This document shows, in pieces, positions 8,317 to 18,208 of a DNA stretch of 64,000 nucleotides; within the stretch, counting starts at the first letter, position 1, and each line of letters starts with the position of its first letter. The notes under the pieces were generated by a model. The model saw only the letters and a list, made by a program, of their open reading frames with translations. It was not told the DNA's origin and made no database searches. A program made the translations under genes and the position numbers. This DNA comes from Elusimicrobiota bacterium (GTDB taxonomy: Bacteria; Elusimicrobiota; Elusimicrobia; UBA1565; UBA9628): assembly GCA_023249645.1 (NCBI GenBank), contig JAHFCF010000008.1, positions 7,257-71,256 of the forward strand, in the 5' to 3' direction.

Positions 8317-11300
8317 TCAGTGATTGTCATCGAAGGGCAGCTTGTTCTGGCCGATCCGGAAAAGCACGAAGAAAGCGACATTGATCGCGGCGATCACGTA
8401 CCAGGTGAAGGGGAAAGCATGGGACTCTCCCCAGATCAGGGGGACCTGCTTGGCCGTGCCGTAGGTGGCCAGGGCGATGCTCGTGGCGATGTTGACGAAG
8501 GCTCCTCGGAATCCGGAGAAGTACTGCACCATGTTTGGCATCAATCTCTTCAGCGTGGCGGTGAAGTTCGCGCTGACCGTGTGCGTCGTGGGGTTGTGCA
8601 CCATGCCGAAGATGGCCAGGCTCAAGTAGAGCGACCACGGCGCCAAGTGGAAGAGGATCGGCAAAAAGCCCAGCACCAAGAGGGCCTTAGACTCAGCGCC
8701 CAGCCAATCGCGCTGTTTGATCTTCGGCGTCAGGTTGTGGATGAAGATGTAAAGCGGGATCATCACGGCGAAGACGACGGCCAGGCTGATCAAAGCGTGC
8801 GCCGACAGCAGGGCGGCCAACGACAGCTTGATCCCGGGTCCGAGGATCAGGCTTCTGGGCAGCAACAGGAGGCCCACCCAGGCGGCCATGCTCAAGGCTC
8901 CGAACCATTTCATGGCTTGTTTAAAGGTGGTCATGTGAGGGGAGATCATACCCGTGCCGGTCGGCATCTGTCCCATGTAAAAAGAGGCGAGGAGTTTTCC
9001 GAACAATTCACTCGACCCGGCGCCTTTGCCCGCCGTCTCAGTGGCCAGCACGCCCAGCACCGAGTTGCGCATGGGCAGTTCCATGAAGGCGCATATCATG
9101 ATGAAGGCCAGGCCCCATTTGAGCATGGGGTTCTTGGCGATGACCTGCGTGTAGGAGGGAGATTTCAGCAGCAGCCAGGCCGCCACGATCACGGAGGGGA
9201 GCGCGGACCTCGTCAGGAATGTGACGGGCCCAGTCCAAAGCCAAGAAACGGATAGCGGTGAAAAATGGAAGACCGGATAGGCGAGTGGAGGCAGGGGACA
9301 GAGGAAGAGGACCGCTAATCCGGCGAAGAGCAGCCCATAGCTTGCCCATCGCAGCCAGGTCCGGCGCGGGGTCGCCTTTAATATCGCATAGAGCTGCCGG
9401 CCCGCTTTATGGAGCTGTACCGCCGTGAACAGGACACTGTTCCAGAGGCGCGCGACGGGGGCGAGGATAGGCGGAGTCCTCGATGCGCGCACGTGTTTGA
9501 GGAATTCAGCGTTGACCCGAGCGTTGTCCACCTGCGGAGCGCCGACCTTGCGGCCTATGCCCGCCGGAATGGTCCGCCAGAGGACCAGCACCGGGAGCAT
9601 CTGCCCGGCGCCGGCGATGAGGAATGTCTTCATGTATCCCCAGCCGTCGACATGCTTTCCCAGCCATAGCCCCGACCCGACCGTGACGAGGATCGTGGCG
9701 ATCCGGATCATTGCTTCGTTGGAGCGCAGATCGTGCTCGTTGGTCGCCAGATCGGCCATCATGGCGAAGTCCAAAACGAACAGAAGCGCGAACTGTAGGG
9801 TGCTCAGCGCGGTCAGGACGAGCAGGGACGGGAAGCTCAGCATGGCGTACCCGATGGCCGCGGCGGTGATGAAGCTGATGACTGCCCGGAGGGCGAAATT
9901 AAAGAGGACGGCCGATTTTTTGTTTTGGATCCCGTCCATGATCTTGCCCACGGCCAGGGCCAGGCCGATGGCGATGATGCCTCCCAGCACGCCCAAGGTG
10001 AACATGCTCGCGGTGCCCACGGCCTTGATGATCATGGGGGTGTAGGCCAGGGTGATGAGCGAGCCGGCGACCATGGAGAAAAAGCGTGAGCCGAAGAGCC
10101 CCATGACCGCCGTTTTCTTCTGCTGGACGGACAAGTCGCTTTCATAAGTCAGCAGCGGGATGATCGAGGTCTTCTTCTGTTCGCTCGCCTTTATCTTTTC
10201 CCGGACAGAGACCAGATGTCCAGAGATGGACCGGACGCCCTGCAGGCCCATGTCGTCGAGCTTGTTGTCATACGCGACGATCTCCAGAGCGATGCGCGCT
10301 TCGGTCGTGCCGAGCGCGTCGAGACCGGCCATGGCCACCATGCGGTCGTTCTTGGGCTTGCCGCGGTCCGCGGCGATGGCTTGGAACTCCGCCACGAGGC
10401 CCGCGTCTGTGGCGCTTTTCTCAAGTTCAGCGCGGGCTTGAGGGGATCCGAAGGCGTCGAGGATCCTGACGGAGGCGACCCTGTCGGCCAGTACTTGCTG
10501 TCTGTCCCGGATGTTGGCGCCGAGCTGCGCGATCGCGGGAGAGACTTCCTGGACTGCCGGAGCCGCTTCGATGGCCCGGATGAAGGCCCGCAGCGCCCGC
10601 AGGGCCGTGACCCGGTCGGCGATCGGCTGGCGCGCGTTGCGGGCGACCTGGCCTAAGTCGGCGGAGAGGGGCGCGTCTTGAGCGAGGCGGACCAGGAACG
10701 ATTGGGCTTCTTCGCCGCGCGATTCGATGATCCGGATGGCCGCGATCCGATCCGCGATATTTTTTTGCTGGTTGCGCGCGATGCCGGCGAGGTCTTCAGT
10801 CGATAGATCGGAGAGCTTTGGCGCTTTGTTCGTGCCGAGCGCGTTGAGGCTGGCCATGGCCGCCATCCGGTCATTCTGGGGCCTGGCGCGATCCGCGGCA
10901 AGGACTTGAAGTGCCGCCACGAAGTCCGCATCACGAGCGCTTTTCTTGAGTTCTACGCGGGCTTGCGGGGATCCGAACGCTTGGAGGATCCTGACGGAGG
11001 AGACCCTATCGGCCGGGGGGTGTCGTTCGTCTCGGGTGTTGGCGCCGAGCTGCGAGATCGCCCAGGCGACTTCCTTGGCTGCGGGAGCTTCGTCCAGGGC
11101 CCGGGCGAGAGCCCTGAGGGCCCGCAGGGCCGCGATCCTGTCGGCGATCGGCAGGCGTGTGTCGCGGGCTGTATGGCCCAGGTCGACGGCCAAGGTCGCG
11201 TTTTGAGCCAGCCGGAGCAAAGACGGCCGGGCATCTTTTCCTTGCGACTCCACGAGCCGCAGGGCCTCGATCCGGTCTGTGATCTTTTTCTTCTGGTCAC

Positions 11301-11583
11301 GTGCGATGCCGGTCAGATCTTCCGTCGACAGAGGGGCTGCGCCGGTGATATCCGCGGCTTGCTGCGCAGGGTCTCCCTGTGGGAACAGAGGCGCGCCGGC
11401 ATCCCGCTTTCCTGGTTCAAGATCGAAATGCAGGAAGCCGAGATTCTTGGGACCCTGGGAGGCGTCCCCGGGAGGAGGAGTGCTTTTGGGAAGCGCTGCC
11501 CACGCTTGCTGGCCTGGGGAGAGGAGGATCAGGGTCGCGCAGAGCGCCCCTGCCAGAATGCGCTGCCAAAGCCGGATCCTCAC
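8317..11583 (-). CDS. Large protein: signal peptide, duplicated HEAT-like helical domain and MFS-like multi-TM C-terminal domain
   Basis: Signal ending QQAWA; two ~175-aa helical repeats; about 12-14 hydrophobic segments in the C-terminal half. Confidence 0.65.
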   Translation of the reverse strand: MRIRLWQRILAGALCATLILLSPGQQAWAALPKSTPPPGDASQGPKNLGFLHFDLEPGKRDAGAPLFPQGDPAQQAADITGAAPLSTEDLTGIARDQKKKITDRIEALRLVESQGKDARPSLLRLAQNATLAVDLGHTARDTRLPIADRIAALRALRALARALDEAPAAKEVAWAISQLGANTRDERHPPADRVSSVRILQAFGSPQARVELKKSARDADFVAALQVLAADRARPQNDRMAAMASLNALGTNKAPKLSDLSTEDLAGIARNQQKNIADRIAAIRIIESRGEEAQSFLVRLAQDAPLSADLGQVARNARQPIADRVTALRALRAFIRAIEAAPAVQEVSPAIAQLGANIRDRQQVLADRVASVRILDAFGSPQARAELEKSATDAGLVAEFQAIAADRGKPKNDRMVAMAGLDALGTTEARIALEIVAYDNKLDDMGLQGVRSISGHLVSVREKIKASEQKKTSIIPLLTYESDLSVQQKKTAVMGLFGSRFFSMVAGSLITLAYTPMIIKAVGTASMFTLGVLGGIIAIGLALAVGKIMDGIQNKKSAVLFNFALRAVISFITAAAIGYAMLSFPSLLVLTALSTLQFALLFVLDFAMMADLATNEHDLRSNEAMIRIATILVTVGSGLWLGKHVDGWGYMKTFLIAGAGQMLPVLVLWRTIPAGIGRKVGAPQVDNARVNAEFLKHVRASRTPPILAPVARLWNSVLFTAVQLHKAGRQLYAILKATPRRTWLRWASYGLLFAGLAVLFLCPLPPLAYPVFHFSPLSVSWLWTGPVTFLTRSALPSVIVAAWLLLKSPSYTQVIAKNPMLKWGLAFIMICAFMELPMRNSVLGVLATETAGKGAGSSELFGKLLASFYMGQMPTGTGMISPHMTTFKQAMKWFGALSMAAWVGLLLLPRSLILGPGIKLSLAALLSAHALISLAVVFAVMIPLYIFIHNLTPKIKQRDWLGAESKALLVLGFLPILFHLAPWSLYLSLAIFGMVHNPTTHTVSANFTATLKRLMPNMVQYFSGFRGAFVNIATSIALATYGTAKQVPLIWGESHAFPFTWYVIAAINVAFFVLFRIGQNKLPFDDNH

Positions 11584-11662
11584 GAATTCATTCTAACATG
11601 AGTGAAAAAATAACCTATAGGTCTTTGGGCTTAAAAAGGACCGGCAAAAGGCCCAGGCTGAA

Positions 11663-11680
11663 ATAGGTCTATCGACCTAT
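11663..11680. promoter_or_regulatory. TAGGTC-N4-GACCTA palindromic operator-like motif
   Basis: ATAGGTC-TATC-GACCTAT; related copies at 11617, 15093, 17588, 38141-38208 and 59254. Confidence 0.55.
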
Positions 11681-11693
11681 ATTTTTTGGGGCC

Positions 11694-11731
11694 TTGCAAA
11701 AAAGACAGACATGTACTATAATATGTACATA
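11694..11731 (+). promoter_or_regulatory. Sigma70 promoter with TGTACA-type operator for the yefM/relE-like operon
   Basis: TTGCAA-17 nt-TATAAT (11694-11722) overlapped by ATGTAC...GTACAT and the palindrome TATGTACATA. Confidence 0.65.
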
Positions 11732-11742
11732 TTGGGGGATCC

Positions 11743-11997
11743 ATGAGAAACATCACCGCCACGGGCGCACGCAATGATCTCTTCAACGTCATCAAGCATT
11801 CCATCAAGACGCATCAGCCTTGGCATATCACGTCCCGCGCCGGCGAGGCGGTCCTTTTGTCCTTGGAGGATTTCGAGGATCTCATGGAGACCCTGGAATT
11901 GCTCTCCACGCCGGGGGTTTTAGCGGGCGTCCGCAAGGCCAGAAAGGAGATCAGGGAAGGGAAGACCTACTCCTTCGCGCAAGTCTTCGGTCATTGA
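11743..11997 (+). CDS. Phd/YefM-family antitoxin
   Basis: ITATGARNDLFNVI, AVLLSLEDFEDLMETLELLS; upstream of a toxin gene. Confidence 0.88.
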   Translation: MRNITATGARNDLFNVIKHSIKTHQPWHITSRAGEAVLLSLEDFEDLMETLELLSTPGVLAGVRKARKEIREGKTYSFAQVFGH

Positions 11998-12000
11998 ACC

Positions 12001-12255
12001 GTGCCTTACGAGATCCTCATCACGCGCCAGGCCCGCAAAGACGTCGAGATGCTCACTCCTAAGTTAAGGAACAAGTTGCGGGAACTTTTGATCCACGTCA
12101 TCTCTCAGGATCCCTATGAAGGCAAGAAGCTCTTGGGGGACCTGGCCGGGAGTTATTCTTACCGGTTAAGCTTGAAGGACCGCTTGATCTACAGCATCGA
12201 CGAGAGCAAGAAAACCGTTTACCTTGAGCGTGCCCGGACTCATTACGGGGACTAA
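12001..12255 (+). CDS. RelE/YoeB-family toxin
   Basis: YEILITRQARKD, KKLLGDLAGSYSYRLSLKDRLIY, C-terminal THY. Confidence 0.85.
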   Translation: MPYEILITRQARKDVEMLTPKLRNKLRELLIHVISQDPYEGKKLLGDLAGSYSYRLSLKDRLIYSIDESKKTVYLERARTHYGD

Positions 12256-14189
12256 AACTTGAGCTTCTGGCACGCGGCGCGGAAGAGAAGGACGCCCATC
12301 GCAGCGAACGCCGCGACTGAGACCCAATCCGCATAGTTGCCGAACATCCCGATCAGGTTGAAGCGCTCGCCGAGATTGAGCACATTCGCGAAATAGCCTT
12401 CCTTGACGCCTGCCAGGATCGCGATGGCGATGCCGGCCAAGCATCCTCCGGCCACGAGCCCAGTCGAGTAGAGCATCCCCGAGCTGATCTCTCCCTCGGA
12501 CTCGGCTTTCTTCTGGCTGACCCAGGCGACCGCGGGATTGATCATTCCTCCCACGAAGATGGGGAAGGTGGTCGAGAGCGGCAGGTACACCCCGACGGCG
12601 ACCGGCAGCGAGCGCACGCCCAAGAGTTCCACGAAGACCGAGATGAGCATGCCGGTGAAGACCAGGCCCCAGGGAAGCTCCTGCGCCAGAAGTCCCTTGA
12701 TGAGGGTCGCCATCAAGGTCGCTTGGGGCGCGGCGAGTTTCTCCGAGCCGATGGGGCCGTAGGGCGAGGTGTGAAGAAGGAAGAGCGTCACGCCGATGAC
12801 GGCGGTTGAGGCCAAGACACCGATGATGAGGCCCAGCTGCTGCTTGTAGGGGGTCGCGCCCACGATATAGCCGGTCTTTAAGTCCTGCGAGGTCGCCCCC
12901 GCGTTGGCCGCCGCGATGCAGACGACCGCGCCCACGAAGAGCGCGATGGCCTGATACGAGGCGCCGGTCCAGCCCAGGGCCACGAAGATGAGGCAGGTGG
13001 CCATGATCGTGCCGATGGTCATCCCCGAGATGGGGTTGGAGGAGGAGCCGATGATTCCCACGATGCGGCTGGACACGGTCACGAAGAAGAAGCCGAAGAC
13101 GAGGATCAAGAACGACATGATCAGGCTCGCGGGGAACTTGCCCGGGAACTGGGGAAGCACGGACATGATCAGGGCCAGGCCGAGCGAGCCCCACAGGACG
13201 TAGGGCATAGGGATGTCCTGTTCCGTCCGCTTGAGGGCTCCGGACGCTCCCGCGTTTTTCAAGTCCTTGAGGCTCCCCTTAAACGAGGAGACGATGGTCG
13301 GGATGGTGTGGATCAGCGTGAAAAGGCCGCCGGCGGCCACGGCTCCCGCGCCGATGTAGCGCACATAGCCGCGGTAGATCTCCAGGGGCGACATCTGAGA
13401 GATGAGTAGGCCCTTCCAGCCGGGCAGCATCGTGATGGCCAGCTTGTCGCCGAAGAGGGTGATGAGCGGTATGAGGACCATCCAGGACAAGACCGAGCCG
13501 GCCACGATCTGGGCCGCGCCCTTGGGACCGATGATGTAGCCCACGCCCAGATACTCGGGCGTGATCTCCGAGCAGATCGTGGCGTTGGGGAGCTGGCAGG
13601 CGCGGCTGGTGATATAGGAGGGGGTGTCCTTCCATAGACCGAACACGCTCATGAGGAGCTTGTAGACGATGGAGGTGTAGAGGCCGGAGAAGACCACCTT
13701 GGCCAGGTTGCCGCCCTTCTCTCCGGCGACCAGCACTTCGGCGCAGGCCGTCCCCTCGGGGTAGGGAAGGACCCCGTGTTCCTTGACGATCAGGGCGCGG
13801 CGCAGCGGGATCATGAAGAGGATGCCGAGTATGCCGCCCACCAGGGCCAGGGTGAAGATCTGGAAATACTGGAAGTACTGTTCGCCGTTGGACAGGAAGA
13901 TCAGGGCGGGCACGGTGAAGACGACGCCCGCGGCGATGGACTCGCCGGCCGAGCCGATGGTCTGCACGATGTTGTTCTCAAGGATCGTGGACTTGCCGAC
14001 CTTCTTGAAGACCGCGATGGCCAGCACCGCGATGGGGATCGAGGCCGAGACGGTCAGGCCCGCGCGCAGGGCCAGGTACACGGTCGAGGCGCCGAAGATG
14101 ACGCCGAAGATCGCTCCCAGGACGACCGCCTTGAGCGAGAACTCGGCGATGGACGAGGCGTCATCGATGTAAGGCTTGAATTCGTGCAT
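12252..14189 (-). CDS. OPT-family oligopeptide transporter
   Basis: GLTVSASIPIAV, ENNIVQTIGSAGES, LPYPEG, SSNPISGMT, QDLKTG, APQATLM. Confidence 0.93.
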   Translation of the reverse strand: MHEFKPYIDDASSIAEFSLKAVVLGAIFGVIFGASTVYLALRAGLTVSASIPIAVLAIAVFKKVGKSTILENNIVQTIGSAGESIAAGVVFTVPALIFLSNGEQYFQYFQIFTLALVGGILGILFMIPLRRALIVKEHGVLPYPEGTACAEVLVAGEKGGNLAKVVFSGLYTSIVYKLLMSVFGLWKDTPSYITSRACQLPNATICSEITPEYLGVGYIIGPKGAAQIVAGSVLSWMVLIPLITLFGDKLAITMLPGWKGLLISQMSPLEIYRGYVRYIGAGAVAAGGLFTLIHTIPTIVSSFKGSLKDLKNAGASGALKRTEQDIPMPYVLWGSLGLALIMSVLPQFPGKFPASLIMSFLILVFGFFFVTVSSRIVGIIGSSSNPISGMTIGTIMATCLIFVALGWTGASYQAIALFVGAVVCIAAANAGATSQDLKTGYIVGATPYKQQLGLIIGVLASTAVIGVTLFLLHTSPYGPIGSEKLAAPQATLMATLIKGLLAQELPWGLVFTGMLISVFVELLGVRSLPVAVGVYLPLSTTFPIFVGGMINPAVAWVSQKKAESEGEISSGMLYSTGLVAGGCLAGIAIAILAGVKEGYFANVLNLGERFNLIGMFGNYADWVSVAAFAAMGVLLFRAACQKLKF

Positions 14190-14250
14190 GGGACCTCCGT
14201 GGTCTGTTTGTCGAGAGCGTTCAGGGCGCGGATGAGGATCTGAGGGGATC

Positions 14251-15084
14251 TTATTTCGCCCCCATTATATCAGAGTCGAGGAACTCCCGGATCGCCCTTT
14301 CGACGATCTCCGATTTTTCCTCGTGGGGCACATGGCCGCATTCCGGGACGTGGAAGAATCTGGCTTGGGGCACCTCGCGGCAGAAGCGCTGGGCATCTTC
14401 GATGTGCACGAGGCAGTCATGCTCGCCGTGGATGAAGAGGACCGGGCCTTTGAGCTCGCGATAGCGCCTGAGGAAGCCCGCCACGTGTTTGTGGACGCCG
14501 CGGCGCATGGTCTCGGCGATGGAATGGCGTCCCTCGCGGGTCTGAAGGGCGATGGCGTATTCCTGGATCAGCTCCTCGGTGACGAGGTTTTGATCCAGGA
14601 AAGCCGTGGGCGCCACGACCCGGACGAGCCACGGGCCCAGGAGCGGCTCCAAGAGCCGGCCGAGCAGCGGGGTGCGCATGATGCGTATGATGCGCGGGAT
14701 GTGGCGCTCATCCACGGGCGTGCCGATCAGGACCAGGCGCGAGACGCGCGCTGGATGGTCCAGGGCCAGGGCAATCGAGATGGCGCCTCCCATGGAGCTG
14801 CCGATGAGCACGGCCTGGGGCAGGCCGAGCGTGTCCATGAAAGAGTTCAGCCAGCGCGTGAAGCCGACCAGGGAATAGTCGAAGTCGCGGGGCTTCTCCG
14901 AGCGGCCGAAGCCCGGCAGGTCAGGGGCATAGACCGCGTGGGTCTTGGCGAAGGCGGGCAGCAGACGGCGCCAGCCATAGGAGGAGGCGCCCATGCCGTG
15001 GAGGAAGATGAGAGGCTGGCCTTTCCCGCCGGAGAGCAGGTGGGTCCTGATTCCGGCGACGACGAGGGAGGACGGGGAGACCAT
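14251..15084 (-). CDS. Alpha/beta hydrolase
   Basis: LHG, DLPGFGRS, GSSMGG nucleophile elbow, GEHD, GHVPHEE. Confidence 0.9.
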   Translation of the reverse strand: MVSPSSLVVAGIRTHLLSGGKGQPLIFLHGMGASSYGWRRLLPAFAKTHAVYAPDLPGFGRSEKPRDFDYSLVGFTRWLNSFMDTLGLPQAVLIGSSMGGAISIALALDHPARVSRLVLIGTPVDERHIPRIIRIMRTPLLGRLLEPLLGPWLVRVVAPTAFLDQNLVTEELIQEYAIALQTREGRHSIAETMRRGVHKHVAGFLRRYRELKGPVLFIHGEHDCLVHIEDAQRFCREVPQARFFHVPECGHVPHEEKSEIVERAIREFLDSDIMGAK

Positions 15085-15092
15085 AAAGGATT

Positions 15093-15218
15093 ATAGGCCT
15101 TTTGGACTAGAAAGGTCTAGGTCCTAATTCCCTGAAAAATTGCCCAAAGGACCCAGGCGGGTTTTTAGGCCATGGGGTATAATAAATGCAGATGCAGGGA
15201 GATATGAACATGAACAAG
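15093..15218 (+). repeat. Promoter/leader block duplicated at 17588-17716
   Basis: Identical 20-mer AATTCCCTGAAAAATTGCCC (15126-15145 and 17621-17640); shared flanking GGTC/GACC motifs, TATAATAA, RBS and MxMNK start. Confidence 0.8.
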
Positions 15219-15917
15219 AATATCTGGCCGCTTCTCGCCTTGGGCGTCGCGCTGGTTTCCGTCGGCGCGAACAGCGCCTGGGCCTTGGAGGATCTCCCTG
15301 CCGGAGGCCTCTCGCAGATCACTGGGAACGAAAAAACGTCCGAGGACGTTAAAGCGGCTGGCGACGTCAAGGCGTGGGATGTGGGTGCGGCTCTCAAAGC
15401 CAGGTTTTCCAATTTCAATGCGCGAGTTGTCCAGGCGAATCAGCAGGCTCGTCCGTGGTGTTCGTATGGACCATGCATGACGAATGGGATGGCTGCTCGC
15501 TCCGACACGCAGTCTGCTGCTCCGGACACAAAAAACTGTTGGAGGTATTGGGGAGCATGCCCGGCCGTGAATGAGCCGGCGGCAGTTCAAGCCGTCGTTC
15601 CTTTGACGCCGACGGACTTCGGGGCCGGCCATTATGCACCGTATGAAACGAGCGCCTCGCTGAAAAACAGCGCTCCTTCCGCCGGCGATCAGGCAGCCCA
15701 GACCGCCAACAACTGTTGGCGGCATTGGGGAGGGTGCGCGGCTCTGAATCTGTCGGTCGCTCCCAAAGCCGAGCTCGCGCCGAAAACAGACGCTCAGCCT
15801 GCATCAGAAACAGCCATCAGGCCTGCGCCGGAAGTCGCCCTTTGGTCTAACCGAAATTCTCATGCCATGAGGGGCTGCGCGGGTTCCGAGAGGGACTGCG
15901 ATCGGATCTGGCGGTAG
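15204..15917 (+). CDS. Secreted hypothetical protein with repeated Cys/Trp motifs
   Basis: Signal peptide ending SAWA; NCWRYWGAC and NCWRHWGGC repeats; GGGAGA RBS. Confidence 0.65.
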   Translation: MNMNKNIWPLLALGVALVSVGANSAWALEDLPAGGLSQITGNEKTSEDVKAAGDVKAWDVGAALKARFSNFNARVVQANQQARPWCSYGPCMTNGMAARSDTQSAAPDTKNCWRYWGACPAVNEPAAVQAVVPLTPTDFGAGHYAPYETSASLKNSAPSAGDQAAQTANNCWRHWGGCAALNLSVAPKAELAPKTDAQPASETAIRPAPEVALWSNRNSHAMRGCAGSERDCDRIWR

Positions 15918-15920
15918 GGC

Positions 15921-17276
15921 GTGTCTTCGCCGCGCCCTCGATGGACGTTAAGCTTCCCCTGCGCGTGTCTGCTCCTGCCCTTCTCTGTTCCGTCCGCCTG
16001 GGCCCTGATCGGCAACGGGCACGACAGCTTCTTCCAGGAAGTTGAAGCGGACCTGAGGTCGCTGCGCGACGAAGCCGCCGGCCTTTCTCAAAGCGTCCAG
16101 GTCTTCCAGAGCGACATCGTCCCTTGGACCCTGCGGATCACCGCCGAGTTCGCCGATGCTCCACGCAACCTCCAGCTGCTGACGAGCGGCCAGGCAGCGG
16201 AGTGGCGTTCGGTCGGCAATCCCAACGATCCTGCTGCCTTCTGCAAGCAGGAGTTCTTGGACATCCTCTGGCACGGTTTTACCGATGCTTCCGGGCACGT
16301 TCACCGGAGCATCCATTACTATCTGGGCAAGGCCCGGTTCAGCGGTCTTTTGTCTTTGGTTCCGCTCAAGGGCACCTATTGGCCCGTGGCCGTCTGGAAG
16401 GTCCCGGATCCCTTCGACATCACCCGCGCCCAGGCTGAGGCGAAGGGTTTTGAGCAGGGGCTTCGTGAGCGTGAGGACTATTGGGCCCGGGAGAAAGCCG
16501 TCTACAATCGCTACCTGCAGGCGTTCGATCAGATGTTGTCCGTAGACCCTTCTTTGCCGTTGGTCACGGATGAATTCGGCCGTCAGCATCCGGCTTCGCT
16601 TCTCGTCTGGAGGGATCGAGAGAGGGGCCGGAGCGTCGAGGCCGAGGCTGCGGCCAAGGATTCTTTGGCGAGGCTCGATGCCGAGGCTGAAATCATCAAC
16701 CAAGAGATCTCGGCGGATGCTCCGAAGCTCCCTCTGATCTCGACATTGGCGCCGGGCCGATTAAAGGGCGTCCTGCCGATATATGCCGCTCAGTTGAGTC
16801 GACTCGAGACCCAGAGCAGGGGTTTGCTGCGAGCCGAGCTCAGGCCCCTGCTGGCTGCGTTCATTGCCGCTGACTACTATTTCATCCGATGGGCGCAAGC
16901 CGACGCTGATCTGGCGCAGATCGATCAAGCCATCCCTATCCTGGAGAGGGCTCGGGCTGGCTTCTTGGACAGCATGAAAATGTTCGATGAGGTGGCCTCG
17001 GACATCCAGGCGGATCGGATCTTTGTGGCCGCAGAGGAACACAGCGGAGAAGAGATACAGGCCATGTTCCATCGCAAGAAGGTCCTGATCCAAGACACCA
17101 TCCTGCCGCGCTTGAGGGAAGCCAAGGCTCTTCTGGGGAGCGAGACGAGCCCGGGCACGCTGCTCTGGCTCCTGCAGCAGCGCCTCTTGGCTGTGGATCC
17201 GAAAGGCGCCAGCGGGCCCTACTACGCCATTTTCTCGAATCAAGTGGCCTTGAGGGACCTGGTCGATCGGTTTTAG
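15921..17276 (+). CDS. Secreted hypothetical protein (paralogous to 40670-41674)
   Basis: 451-aa ORF; signal ending SAWA; WRxxGNPNDPxA motif shared with 40670-41674. Confidence 0.6.
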   Translation: MSSPRPRWTLSFPCACLLLPFSVPSAWALIGNGHDSFFQEVEADLRSLRDEAAGLSQSVQVFQSDIVPWTLRITAEFADAPRNLQLLTSGQAAEWRSVGNPNDPAAFCKQEFLDILWHGFTDASGHVHRSIHYYLGKARFSGLLSLVPLKGTYWPVAVWKVPDPFDITRAQAEAKGFEQGLREREDYWAREKAVYNRYLQAFDQMLSVDPSLPLVTDEFGRQHPASLLVWRDRERGRSVEAEAAAKDSLARLDAEAEIINQEISADAPKLPLISTLAPGRLKGVLPIYAAQLSRLETQSRGLLRAELRPLLAAFIAADYYFIRWAQADADLAQIDQAIPILERARAGFLDSMKMFDEVASDIQADRIFVAAEEHSGEEIQAMFHRKKVLIQDTILPRLREAKALLGSETSPGTLLWLLQQRLLAVDPKGASGPYYAIFSNQVALRDLVDRF

Positions 17277-17325
17277 CCGGAGGTAAGAGCTCGCTCCAGT
17301 GAAGTTTCGACCAGCGCAAGGCGAC

Positions 17326-17499
17326 TTATCCACCGACTCTTCGCGTGAAGAGCCGGCGGGCGAACTTGGTGCGCACCAAGTCAATCAACTGGCGGTCACA
17401 GTTGCCCAATAGACAAAAGTGTAACCCATGTGCCCGGTCTGCTTTGTACCTATGTGGCCGGTCTGTACCCAGTTGATCAACTGTTGCCGGCAACAGTTG
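17326..17499. repeat. Cluster of stacked palindromes
   Basis: TTATCCACC, CTCTTCGCGTGAAGAG, ACTTGGTGCGCACCAAGT (17364-17381), degenerate AACTG..CACAGTT, CAACTGTTGCCGGCAACAGTTG (17478-17499). Confidence 0.85.
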
Positions 17500-17701
17500 G
17501 CCGAAAAATCGCATTGAATTGATGAGTAAGCGTTTCAGCGCGGGCTGAGAACTTTATTTGGGCGAGCTGTTACAGCCGAAGTGCCCTCTAGGTCTTTGGA
17601 CCTAGAAAGGCCCAGGTCCAAATTCCCTGAAAAATTGCCCGATAGGCCCAGGCGCTTTTCCCATCCCCAGGCTATAATAAGGAAAGATGTAAAGGGAGGA
17701 T

Positions 17702-18205
17702 ATGACCATGAATAAGTCAACCTGGAAGTGCGCGGGACCTGTTTTTGTGTTGGCCATCGTGCTGATCTCCGCGGGCGCCGATCGCGCGTGGGCCTTGACG
17801 GACGTGTGCACTGAAAACTGCGACGTCACCCTGGAAGCCGTGAAACAGCTTGGAAGAGATCTGGCCGCTTGGAATGCTCAGCGGAAGATGCGCCAGGCTG
17901 TGGAGAAGCGGGAGGCCAGCAAGATCAATGATGAAGTCTTCGGTCCCCAGGCTCGATTTGAGAAGATCCTCCAGTGGGCGGAAGGCATTTCAAAGAAGGA
18001 TATGATCGGCCCCGTTGAACTCCAGCGCAAGGTGGTGGTCAGCGCTTCTGAGACCGTGGTCGTCTATACGGGGCGCGCGGTGACGAAGAAGAAAAACTGC
18101 ACGGTGACTCTCAGGAACTACTATCCGAGCAATCTGGCTCTCGATTCTATCGGTTGCGGCGGCAAGGCCGAGAAGACCTTTGTCGCTCCGTTCCAAAGCC
18201 GGTAG
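17702..18205 (+). CDS. Secreted hypothetical protein
   Basis: GGGAGG RBS; signal peptide ending RAWA, similar to that of the 15204 ORF. Confidence 0.65.
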   Translation: MTMNKSTWKCAGPVFVLAIVLISAGADRAWALTDVCTENCDVTLEAVKQLGRDLAAWNAQRKMRQAVEKREASKINDEVFGPQARFEKILQWAEGISKKDMIGPVELQRKVVVSASETVVVYTGRAVTKKKNCTVTLRNYYPSNLALDSIGCGGKAEKTFVAPFQSR

Positions 18206-18208
18206 CGG

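Noticed and set aside
17326..17499. CRISPR array
   Set aside because: Units differ in sequence, linkers are short and irregular, and there are no cas genes.
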